From positions 960,001 to 1,024,000 of the forward strand of contig CAVTBU010000006.1 of NCBI GenBank assembly GCA_963733035.1: a stretch of 64,000 nucleotides of DNA. The letters run 5' to 3'. The notes beneath the pieces were generated by a model that saw only the letters and a program-made list of their open reading frames with translations, had not been told where the DNA came from and did not search any database. The stretch is from Pirellulales bacterium (lineage in GTDB: Bacteria; Planctomycetota; Planctomycetia; Pirellulales; PALSA-1355). Shown here piece after piece: positions 10,880 through 19,767 of this stretch. The position numbers and the translations under genes were made by a program. Within the stretch, counting starts at the first letter, position 1; each line of letters opens with the position of its first letter.

Positions 10880-10938
10880 GCCTCCTTGCCGTTGATGGAT
10901 GTGTTGCCAAACACCATCTACGCAAGCGAGGCTTTTTT
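10880..10938. promoter_or_regulatory. Long hairpin sequestering the transposase RBS; hairpin + T6 terminator on the + strand
   Basis: gcctccttgccgttgatgg...ccatctacgcaagcgaggc followed by tttttt. One arm contains the transposase Shine-Dalgarno on the minus strand. Confidence 0.65.
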
Positions 10939-10980
10939 GCCTATTGCAAAAGGTCACATTCCGTACCGCCTGGAAAGAAC

Positions 10981-11370
10981 TCACAGTGGGGCATAAAGCT
11001 CAGGATGAGCTGCCAAGTGACGCTGGAATATCTGCACAAGCGTTTGATCGTCCGGAACGTGAACCGCGTATTCCTCATCGACTTCTTTTTCAACACTGTC
11101 AACCTGCGGTCTAGTCTCGATCAGGGTTCGAGCCCGAATGAACAGATCTGCAACGGCATCGAGCCCGTAATACCGATAAGCACGAAGCGCCTCCTCCATT
11201 TCACCGTGGCTCAGTACGTCGAATGGATGAAATACGCCTCCATTCATTGTCAAGCCATGCAACGAAAGAAGCGCGCGCAGTGCGAGATCGCCCTCGTAAC
11301 CGGCGGTACCTGGGCCCTGGTTGGGTTCACAGGCCCGATTCCAGATCTTGTCCGCGAAAGAAAGCTCCGT
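10981..11370 (-). CDS. IS passenger gene: small acidic helical protein, possibly DMP19/DUF4375-like
   Basis: The open frame extends 36 codons upstream of the ORF-track start to an ACG codon preceded by GGAGG: (M)ELSFADKIWNRAC...GDLALRALLSLHGLTMNGGVFH...YRYYGL. The family guess rests on the NGG motif and acidic helices. Confidence 0.65.
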   Translation of the reverse strand, partial: TELSFADKIWNRACEPNQGPGTAGYEGDLALRALLSLHGLTMNGGVFHPFDVLSHGEMEEALRAYRYYGLDAVADLFIRARTLIETRPQVDSVEKEVDEEYAVHVPDDQTLVQIFQRHLAAHPELYAPL

Positions 11371-11895
11371 AGCGTCCTCCCTCAGTCGCGTTGGAATACT
11401 GCATCACCGGCGTCCTTGCCGCTTCTGGATGTCTTTAGCATACGCTCAACTACTCACGCGTTGGCCTTTTGCGTATGTCAGTCTGAGCCAATATCTTACC
11501 AAAGAACTACGTGCCATTCGTCACATCGACCCATGCAGATTGGTGATGATCGGGTATTTAATGTGAATTTTCGAAATGCGCGCGGCGAAGGGAATCGAAT
11601 CGTCATGGCAGTGTCGATCGTTGGAATTCAAATTGAGCGAATCTAGGACAATGCGCGTGTAGCTCACATCGACCACGAGTCGCAGCCTGCTTGGGTGCAT
11701 CGGTACTCCAGTCCGATGCGTTGAAATCGCCGCGACGTTGCTCAGGAGGGCGTGACCTGTGCACGCGGAGGGCTGGCCGCACAGTGTTCGGGTCGACATG
11801 CCGACGTGCCTTCGAAAGATCTGTGAAAGCCGCTTGCTTGCTGCCGCTTGCAGCGCGTACAGTAAAGCGGACCGCCCAACTCGGAGTAGACTCGC

Positions 11896-12456
11896 ATGGG
11901 ACTTCTGACCTTCAGCCTCAACGTCACCCTGGACGGCTGCGTCGACCACCAGGAGGGAATCGCCGACGATGAGACGCACGCCTTCTTCACCCGCCTCATG
12001 GACGAGGGCGGGGCGATGCTGTGGGGCCGCGTCACCTACGAGATGATGGAGAGCTACTGGCCGTCGGTCGCCCGTGGTGACGAGGAGGCGCCGCCGTCGA
12101 TGCGCGAGTGGGCGGTCAAACTGGAGGCCAAGCCGAAGTACGTCGTTTCGTCGACGCGAACGGACTTTCCGTGGACCAACAGTCACCACATCGCCGGCGA
12201 CTTGCGCACGAGCGTGCAGAAGCTCAAGGATTCGACCCCTGCCGGCGTGCTCCTCGGCAGCGGCAAGCTTGCGACCGAGCTGGACCGGCTGGATCTGATC
12301 GACGAATACAAGTTCCTCGTTCACCCCAGGATCGCCGGCCATGGCCCGACCCTGTACCAGAGCGGGCTGCCCAGCACGCGACGGCTTGAGCTGGTCTCGG
12401 CGAAGCCGCTCAGCAACGGCGCGGTCGCCATGCACTACGGGCGTGCACGCGGCTAA
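11896..12456 (+). CDS. Dihydrofolate reductase family (RibD C-terminal/deaminase-reductase) protein
   Basis: NVTLDGCVDH, GRVTYEMM, GSGKLA, LIDEYKFLVHPRIAGHG motifs; GGAG RBS. Confidence 0.9.
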   Translation: MGLLTFSLNVTLDGCVDHQEGIADDETHAFFTRLMDEGGAMLWGRVTYEMMESYWPSVARGDEEAPPSMREWAVKLEAKPKYVVSSTRTDFPWTNSHHIAGDLRTSVQKLKDSTPAGVLLGSGKLATELDRLDLIDEYKFLVHPRIAGHGPTLYQSGLPSTRRLELVSAKPLSNGAVAMHYGRARG

Positions 12457-12541
12457 CGAGGCGGTGAACTTGAGCGGCGGATCGGGCGGGTATTGATGTC
12501 AACGGTTCTTGGCCGCCGCGAGGTTACCTTGGTCGTTCGGC
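12451..12541 (+). other. attC-like integron recombination site (solo)
   Basis: R'' GGCTAAC overlaps the stop codon, then a 5-nt spacer, L'' GGTGAACT, GC stem gcggcgg/ccgccgc, L' AGGTTACC, a 6-nt spacer and R' GTTCGGC; 91 bp. Both R boxes differ from the consensus by one base. Confidence 0.7.
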
Positions 12542-12870
12542 AACGCGCATCGGCCACAGCGTCCAACTCATCCGAAGATCGATTCATGTTTGGCGCGCTT
12601 CGGCGTTCACGACCCGCGCGGGAAACTGCACTGTGCCAGCCTACGGAAGGTGGTGTTGGAATGCGTGGTCGAAACGATGGCATCCGCTTCCTGCGCTGTC
12701 ATCCCCAAAGTGCCTAAGGTGGGCGTGTCCTTGGCGTGCCGTCGATTCGCCCTTGACTGCCGGGGGGCGACTCGCCGAGTGTACTGGGGTGTGGCACCGA
12801 TTGGAAAACGAACGCCACGCGGAACACGACTACGGCCGGCTCGACGCTTGGAAACGCCTTGTGCCGGTTG

Positions 12871-12961
12871 ATCGACTCCACAAACGGTGTCCCCGCGTTA
12901 TGCCGCTTAACGGCGCACCGGTTGAGTCCGCACCATTTCCTGGTAGCTCGACCCTGGATTT
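12871..12961. repeat. Intergenic ~85-90 bp element, copy B
   Basis: Diverged direct repeat of 7956-8045; shares GCCG-n5-CGGC and CCATTTCCTGG. Confidence 0.75.
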
Positions 12962-13061
12962 CGATTATCGACCCGCGCTGCCGCGAGCTAAACTTTACGC
13001 GGAGTGGCGCGGCCGAAGTCCGCCGCGCCGGGGCTCGAAGCGACAGGGGAGGAAGCGAGGT

Positions 13062-13673
13062 ATGTCGGGACGCATGCTGGATTGGCTGGTGGTCAAATGG
13101 CAGTGGCCGTATGCGGCGCTGCTGGCGGCGGGTTTCTTGGGCTTACTGGCGCCCGTGGTGTTTTTCTTGGAGGGGGTGCCGCTGGGGCTCGTCTATTTGC
13201 AACTGCCGATCTACATGGTGCATCAGTACGAAGAGCACCGTGGCGACCGGTTTCGGTTATGGATCAATGGCCGGATCGGCCAGGGCCGCGAAGTGTTGAC
13301 GCCGATCGCGACGTTTTGGATCAACTCGCTGCTGGTGTGGCTGCCCGACCTGGTCGCCCTCTATCTGGCGTGCTTCGTCAATTTGTCTTTTGGACTGGTG
13401 GCCATCTACCTGCCGCTGCTCAATGCGGTGGGGCACATCGTGGCGGCGATCGTCACCCGAAGCTACAACCCGGGGCTCTGGACCAGCGTGGGGCTGTTCG
13501 TGCCGGTTGGCCTCGTGAGCGTGGTGGTCGTGTCGCGCGCGGCCGGCAGCACGCTGGCGAATCAATTGCTGGCGCTCGGCGTGGCGGTGGCCGTGCACGG
13601 GGTGATCATCGTCGACGTGCGCCGGCGACTGGCGATCCTTTCGCCACGAGAAGTTCCGTCGGCTGCGGGCTGA
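13062..13673 (+). CDS. HXXEE domain membrane protein
   Basis: HQYEEH motif, YNPGLWT, multiple hydrophobic segments. Confidence 0.85.
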   Translation: MSGRMLDWLVVKWQWPYAALLAAGFLGLLAPVVFFLEGVPLGLVYLQLPIYMVHQYEEHRGDRFRLWINGRIGQGREVLTPIATFWINSLLVWLPDLVALYLACFVNLSFGLVAIYLPLLNAVGHIVAAIVTRSYNPGLWTSVGLFVPVGLVSVVVVSRAAGSTLANQLLALGVAVAVHGVIIVDVRRRLAILSPREVPSAAG

Positions 13674-13952
13674 GTGGGCGGCGGCCGCTCGAAAAAATCC
13701 GGCGCCCTTGCCCGGTGACCTTTCTGATCGGTTCGCGGCATCTCTGGGAAACGGCCGTCCTTTAAAACGGCTGTTCGCGCGAATTGCGGGACATGCTTCG
13801 CGGCGGACCCTACAATGTCCACCTGGTTCTCGACTGGCGAGGGAATCGCCTCTCGTGCGAGAAGTCGGAGAGGGTGAAACAAGACGGCGCGCTGGAAACA
13901 TGTTTGTTTCACAAGCCAGGTTCGCTAACCGTGTAAGAACAATGAGAATGCC

Positions 13953-15374
13953 ATGCCGTGCAAAACCCTGATCTTGATCGTTGTCGCGAGCATCGCTTGC
14001 CGTGTGGTTCAAGTGGCGGCAGCCGCCGACGCGACGAAGGGGGGTGATCGGCCCAATATTGTCTTCGTCCTGTTCGACGACATGGGCTGGGGGCAACCTC
14101 CCTGCTATAGCCCGCAATCCGCGCTGCGGACGCCGAATCTCGACAAGCTTGCCGCGCAGGGGATGCGTTTCCTCGATGCGCACTCCGCGGCGGCGGTCTG
14201 CACGCCCACACGCTACGGCGTGCTCACGGGGCGCTATCCCTCGCGGATCGGACAATTTGGCGTGCTGACAACCTATTCGCGGCCGCTCATTCCGCCGAGC
14301 CGCACCACGGTCGCCTCGCTGCTCAAACAACACGGCTACTCCACGGCGTGCATCGGCAAATGGCACCTGGGGCTGAACTGGGTGGACGGCAGACCCGGCT
14401 CGGAAAACAAGCTCCCCATCGGCGCCCGCACGACGGACGGCCCGAACGCGCTCGGGTTCGACTACTTTTGCGGTTACACGCACGCGCGCAATATCGGTTC
14501 GGTCATCGAACAAGATCGCGTGGTGGCTCACGTCGAGGAGGACGAGAACCAGCCCCTGATGATCAGCAAGGCGCTCGAGTGGCTCGGTCAGCGGAAACCG
14601 GGCGAACCGTTCTTTCTCTATTTCCCGATGTGCCCACCGCACACGCCGATCGTGCCCTCTGAGGAATTTATCGGCAAGAGCGGCGCCACGGACGTCGTGC
14701 GCAACGACCCAAAGTATGGCGACTGGGTCTATCAGGGTGACGCCATGCTTGGCGAGATCATGGATTTGCTCGATCGGTTGAACCTTGCCGAAAATACGTT
14801 GCTGATCGCAACCAGCGACAACGGCGCCGCGCATCGGCCGTATGCACCGCTACGGGAGTCAAAGAGCAGCATCTACGAAGGCGGGCACCGGGTGCCGTTC
14901 GTCGCGCGCTGGCCCGGCCGGGTGAAGGCCGGGTCGAACTGGAAACACACCGTCTGCTTGAACGACCTGCTGGCGACCGCGGCCGAGATCATCGGCACGC
15001 AGCTCCCCTCGGCGGCTGGTGAGGACAGCGTGTCTCTGCTGCCGGCCTTGCTCGGCACTATCGACGCGCCGACGCGGGAAGCCACGGTCCATCAGTCGCC
15101 AAAAGGTGACCTGGCCATCCGCCAGGGAGCGTGGAAGCTGATACTTCACGCCTCTGGCCAGCGCGAGCTCTTCCAGCTCGTCGACGACATCGGTGAAACG
15201 AACGACGTGTTGGCGGCCAATCCTGATGTCGCCTCAAGGCTCACCGCGCTCATGCAGAGTTATATCGACTCTGGCCGCAGCACGCCCGGTGCAGTGCAGC
15301 AGAACGACCGCAGGCTGTCTTTACCGCGCCAGAAGCCCGCGCCGGGTTTGCCGCAGCAGAAAACCTCCGAATGA
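13953..15374 (+). CDS. Arylsulfatase (formylglycine-dependent S1 sulfatase)
   Basis: PNIVFVLFDDMG, CTPTR, GKWHLG, TSDNG, YEGGHRVP motifs; signal peptide. Confidence 0.95.
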   Translation: MPCKTLILIVVASIACRVVQVAAAADATKGGDRPNIVFVLFDDMGWGQPPCYSPQSALRTPNLDKLAAQGMRFLDAHSAAAVCTPTRYGVLTGRYPSRIGQFGVLTTYSRPLIPPSRTTVASLLKQHGYSTACIGKWHLGLNWVDGRPGSENKLPIGARTTDGPNALGFDYFCGYTHARNIGSVIEQDRVVAHVEEDENQPLMISKALEWLGQRKPGEPFFLYFPMCPPHTPIVPSEEFIGKSGATDVVRNDPKYGDWVYQGDAMLGEIMDLLDRLNLAENTLLIATSDNGAAHRPYAPLRESKSSIYEGGHRVPFVARWPGRVKAGSNWKHTVCLNDLLATAAEIIGTQLPSAAGEDSVSLLPALLGTIDAPTREATVHQSPKGDLAIRQGAWKLILHASGQRELFQLVDDIGETNDVLAANPDVASRLTALMQSYIDSGRSTPGAVQQNDRRLSLPRQKPAPGLPQQKTSE

Positions 15375-15449
15375 GAGCGGCAGAAACTTCCATCGCGCCC
15401 GCGGCGCTGAGTCGAGGACGCCGAACGTCTACGCAATGGCAGGTCTCGC

Positions 15450-16199
15450 CTAGGGCGCTGCTGTTTTGGTGCCCAGTTTCCTGACCGCGTCGACGACCTC
15501 CGCAGGCTCGGCCCGCTTTTTGTAGTCGGCGTCGAGAAACGCGTAGCGAATGACGCCGCCGCGATCGATGACATACGTCGCCGAGAGGGGAAGTTCCATC
15601 GCGTCGCTGCCGTTGCGCTCGGCAAGTTTCAGACGATCGCGATAGAGCGGCAGAATGGACTCCGGGAGCTCGAAAACGAGACCATATTTCCGGGCCGTCG
15701 CGTTGCCTTGGTCGAACAGCGTGATGAAGTCAACCTTGTTCGCCTTGGCCGTTTGCTTGGCGTACTTGGGTAGCTCGGGCGAAAGGACCACCAGCTTCGC
15801 GCCGTTCTCCTCGAGGGACTCAAGCTGCTGCTGCATGCCGCGGAGTTGCAAGTTGCAGTAAGGGCACCAGCCACCACGGTACCACATGAGCACGATCGGG
15901 CCTTCGCTCCACAGATCGCTGAGGGTGACTTGTTTGCCGTTCCAGTCGGTAAGCGTGGCGTCGATGGCCTCGTCTCCCACCTGTCGGGCGGACTTCTCGA
16001 TGCCCGACTGGCGAACCGAATCAATTGCCTGCTCCATCGATTGCAGGAGCTCGGCGGGAAAGCGCTTCGCGGAGGCGTTGGCGACAGCGTTGAGTTGATC
16101 CGCGAGTGTTTTCGGCGGTTGCTGCGGCTCGGCGGCCAAGACGACGGCGGCCATGCTGATGCTGCAGAACAACGAACAGGCGATGACGGTGGGTTTCAT
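15450..16199 (-). CDS. Peroxiredoxin-like (AhpC/TSA) secreted protein
   Basis: YRGGWCPYCNLQL, ELPLSATYVID; signal peptide. Confidence 0.9.
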   Translation of the reverse strand: MKPTVIACSLFCSISMAAVVLAAEPQQPPKTLADQLNAVANASAKRFPAELLQSMEQAIDSVRQSGIEKSARQVGDEAIDATLTDWNGKQVTLSDLWSEGPIVLMWYRGGWCPYCNLQLRGMQQQLESLEENGAKLVVLSPELPKYAKQTAKANKVDFITLFDQGNATARKYGLVFELPESILPLYRDRLKLAERNGSDAMELPLSATYVIDRGGVIRYAFLDADYKKRAEPAEVVDAVRKLGTKTAAP

Positions 16200-16397
16200 G
16201 ATGACCTCTCCTTGCGCGTGGCACTACGAGATTTTTGTCGCCTGAAATTCAGTCAGGCTCTGCCGCGTATTATAGGCGACCCGGCCAGCGGGTACACGAC
16301 GACGGGTTGCCGACCTTGATCGTGCACGGTTTGACCCTTGGCGAGCCGGCTGGGATAATCGCCGCCAGCACGATTTTCCCATTCGGAGTCTAAGATC

Positions 16398-17291
16398 ATG
16401 CGGTGGTTCGCGGTCGTTGTTGTACTGGGCATCTGCGTTCAATTCGCTTCGGGCGCGTCGCCCGAGGCCGGCGGTGAGAAGACGCTCAAGGTGTTATCGA
16501 ACAACGTGGGCATCTTTCCGCGGCAGGTTGCGGCCAACTATCCGGAAAACGTCAAGCAGAAGAAAAAGGACATCGTTGCCGACGAGGAGCAGCGGGCCGA
16601 ACTGCTGGCAAAGGCCCTCATCGATTTTGAAGGAGACCCCGACGTCTTGCTGTTGCAAGAGATCTGGTCGATCAAAGCGCGCGACCGGCTGATCAAGGAC
16701 CTGGCGCCGAAGTATCCCTACTGCGAGCATCCGCCGACGATCGGCGACGGAAAAACCACGATTCAGGCCTCAGGACTGGTCGTCTTCAGCAAGTACCCAC
16801 TGCGTGACTTCGCCTTCAAGGAGTTCACTCGGGGGATCGGCCTCGACAAGGTCGCCCGCAAGGGGATTGTCGGCGCGAAGCTGACTAAGGGGGGGCGCAC
16901 GATCGCGGTGTTCAACACGCATCTCCAGGCGGGCGGCAAGCGAGATCCGTCGGTCAAACCCGACCAGCTTCACGAGTGCAACGAGTTCATTCGCGAGTTG
17001 ACCGGCGACGACAAAGACACGATCGCCGTGATGGCGGGCGACTTCAACATCCCCTCGATCGACGCGGACGCCTACAACCTGATCTTCACCTCGCTGTCCG
17101 GTGCCCACGATAGCTATCGAGAGGAGCTGGGTCCGATCAAAAAGACGGGCCGCAACAAGAAGTTCCCGAACAAGCGGATCGACTACCTGCTGACCTTCGG
17201 CGACACAAAAGCCGAATCGACGATTGTCGATCCGGGCGGGGAGCGGCTATCCGACCACTTCGCGGTGTTTGGAACGATTGACCTTGACTAG
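16398..17291 (+). CDS. Secreted endonuclease/exonuclease/phosphatase family protein (sphingomyelinase-like)
   Basis: LLLQEIW, NTHLQAG, GDFN, RIDY and SDH motifs; signal peptide. Confidence 0.85.
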   Translation: MRWFAVVVVLGICVQFASGASPEAGGEKTLKVLSNNVGIFPRQVAANYPENVKQKKKDIVADEEQRAELLAKALIDFEGDPDVLLLQEIWSIKARDRLIKDLAPKYPYCEHPPTIGDGKTTIQASGLVVFSKYPLRDFAFKEFTRGIGLDKVARKGIVGAKLTKGGRTIAVFNTHLQAGGKRDPSVKPDQLHECNEFIRELTGDDKDTIAVMAGDFNIPSIDADAYNLIFTSLSGAHDSYREELGPIKKTGRNKKFPNKRIDYLLTFGDTKAESTIVDPGGERLSDHFAVFGTIDLD

Positions 17292-17383
17292 GCGAGCGGG
17301 TGCGGGCGGCGATCGCAGTGGGCTGTGCGCCGGCGTCGTCAAGCCCCTTGAGCGGTTGCTCGACATTTTGAAAAGGCATCTCG

Positions 17384-19551
17384 ATGAGACGGCAAGCCAC
17401 GCGGCAGTCGCCGAGCAGCGCATGGAATGCTATTCGCCCGAGTTTGCGACTCGCGGTGGTGATCCTTACGTCGTTATTCGCTGGACAGGAGGCGCTACTC
17501 GCCGGTGACAATCCAGATTCGCGCGTATTTCCCAAGGAGACGTGGAGCGTTGCAAGTCCGGGGGAAGCCCGGCTGGCGGAGTCGCGGCTGCAAGCGGCGC
17601 GTGACTATGCGTTGACCGGCGGTGGATCGGGACACGTCACGCGAGCCGGCAAGCTGGTGATGTCCTGGGGCGATCCGCGGAAGCGATACGATTTGAAGTC
17701 GACGACCAAGTCGATTGGCGTAACGGCTCTCGGATTGGCGATTCAGGACGGCAAGCTCGCAGTCGACGACAAGGCCCGACGCTATCACCCGACACTTGGC
17801 ACACCGCCTGCCGCGAATGCGGAGACCGGATGGTTGGACGAGATTACCATCATGCAACTGGCGACCCAAACCGCCGGCTTCGAAAAGACCGGTGGATTCG
17901 GCAAGCTGCTGTTCAAGCCTGGCTCGAAATGGTGTTACAGCGACGGCGGCCCAAACTGGCTTGCTGAATGTATCACCAAAGTCTACGGACAGGACCTCAA
18001 CGAATTGATGTTTGATCGTGTCTTTGGGCCCATCGGCATCACGCCAAATGACCTGGTGTGGCGCGAGAACGACTACCGACCAAAGCAACTTGACGGTGTC
18101 AAACGGCGGGAGTTTGGCTCGGGCATCAGCGCGAATGTCGACGCGATGGCGCGGATCGGCTACTTGTATCTTCGCCAGGGACGTTGGAACGGCAAACGAA
18201 TCGTGCCGACGGAATTCGTCAAACAAGCAAGCACCACGGTATCAAAGGTTGTGGGCTTGGAAGAGGTCGACGCGGCGAACTACGGCAACGCTTCCGACCA
18301 CTACGGCTTGCTGTGGTGGAACAACGCCGATGGAACGCTGGAGAAGGTACCCCGCGACGCGTTTTGGTCATGGGGGCTCTACGATAGCTTGATCGTCGTC
18401 ATGCCCAGTCTTGACATTGTTGCGGTCCGCGCTGGTGGGGCGTGGCCGCGGCAATCGCGCGAACACTACGAGGTATTGCGGCCATTCCTGGAGCCAATCG
18501 CCCTGGCGGCCGGAAAAACGGACGACCGCGACGCCGACCTGCTCGAACGCAAGATTTCCGCCCGCCGTAGCGCCAGCAAAGCCCTTGCGCCACCCTATCC
18601 GCCGAGCCAGGTGGTCACACGCGTTGAATGGGCCGCGGCGGCCGAGATTACTCGGCGGGCGCGCGGAAGCGATAATTGGCCCATGACCTGGGGGGACGAT
18701 GATGCGCTCTACACCGCCTATGGCGACGGCAAAGGTTTCGAACCGACTGTGGAGTTGAAGCTCAGTCTTGGGCTGAGTCGGATCACCGGAGGCGCGAACG
18801 ATTTCATCGCTGAAAACATTCGATCCCCGACGGTTGAAATGCACGGCGACGGTGCCATCGGAAAAAAGGCAAGCGGCATGCTGATGGTCGACGGCGTGCT
18901 CTATCTGCTGGTTCGAAACGCCGGGAACTCTCAGTTGGCCTGGTCGCGCGACCACGGTCGCACCTGGACGTGGAGCGCGTGGAAGTTCACCAAAAGTTTT
19001 GGCTGTCCGACGCTGTTAAACTTTGGCCGCAATTACGCCGCGCGCGCGACGGATGCGTCTATATCTACTCGCACGACAGCGACAGTGCCTATCAGCCGGC
19101 GGACCGGATGGTGCTCGCACGGGTTCACAAACAGAGAGTCTCCGATCGCAGCGCGTACGAATTCTTCAGCGGAATGGAGTCGGGCCGCGCGACTTGGAGT
19201 TCGAACGTCGACGATCGGGCCGCTGTGTTTTCGTTTCCCGGGCAGTGCTGTCGCTCATCGATCAGCTATGATCCCTTTATTGAGCGATACCTATGGTGCC
19301 AAACCTTACCCGGCGACGACACGCGGTTTGCCGGCGGACTGGGAATCTACGATGCGCCTGAACCCTGGGGCCCCTGGACTACCGTGTTCTTCACGGAAAC
19401 ATGGGACGTTGGGCCGGGCGAAACAGCAAGCATTCCAACGAAGTGGATGGAAACAGACGGCCGGACGATTCATCTGGTGTTTTCCGGCGACGACCATTTT
19501 TCCGTTCGCCAGGCAACCCTGACGCTCGCCAGCCCACCAAAGCGTCCTTAG
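17384..19551 (+). CDS. Serine hydrolase (beta-lactamase fold) fused to a DUF4185-like domain (frameshift near 19040)
   Basis: N-half has STTK (SxxK), YSD and YGLLWW. C-half has GSDNWPMTWGDDDALYTAYGDG...GIYDAPEPWGPW and continues in ORF 18970..19551. Confidence 0.75.
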
Positions 19552-19767
19552 AAACCGCAGCAGGTTGCGAAGACGACAACCCGACCGCCAAAACGGATCT
19601 TGGGAAATGGTTGCCTATCGTGGCGCGACAGAGCCGTAGGGCTCGCGGCGCCGCTTTGACTTACCGGCGTTTCTTCCCCGGGCGAGCGCACGGCGCGGCA
19701 ACTTGTCGCGACTGCTAATTGCGTTGGGCGGTCAACGGTGCTTTGACCCTGACGGGCGTCAGCTTGT

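Larger units (their letters stand above)
9445..11519 (-). mobile_element. IS4-family insertion sequence with a passenger gene (2075 bp)
   Basis: Imperfect terminal inverted repeats GAATGGCACttagatgtt (9445) and GAATGGCACgtagttctt (reverse complement ending 11519), flanked by an 11-bp direct repeat GTCACATCGAC (9434-9444 and 11520-11530). Confidence 0.9.

Noticed and set aside
9423..11580. attC site interrupted by the IS (ACCTAAC at 9423; TCACAT/ATGTGA pairing once the IS is removed)
   Set aside because: No GTT-containing R' box at the expected position after rejoining the flanks.
11005..11646. 213-aa plus-strand ORF crossing the IS end
   Set aside because: Antisense to the passenger gene, spans the IS boundary and has no protein-like motifs.
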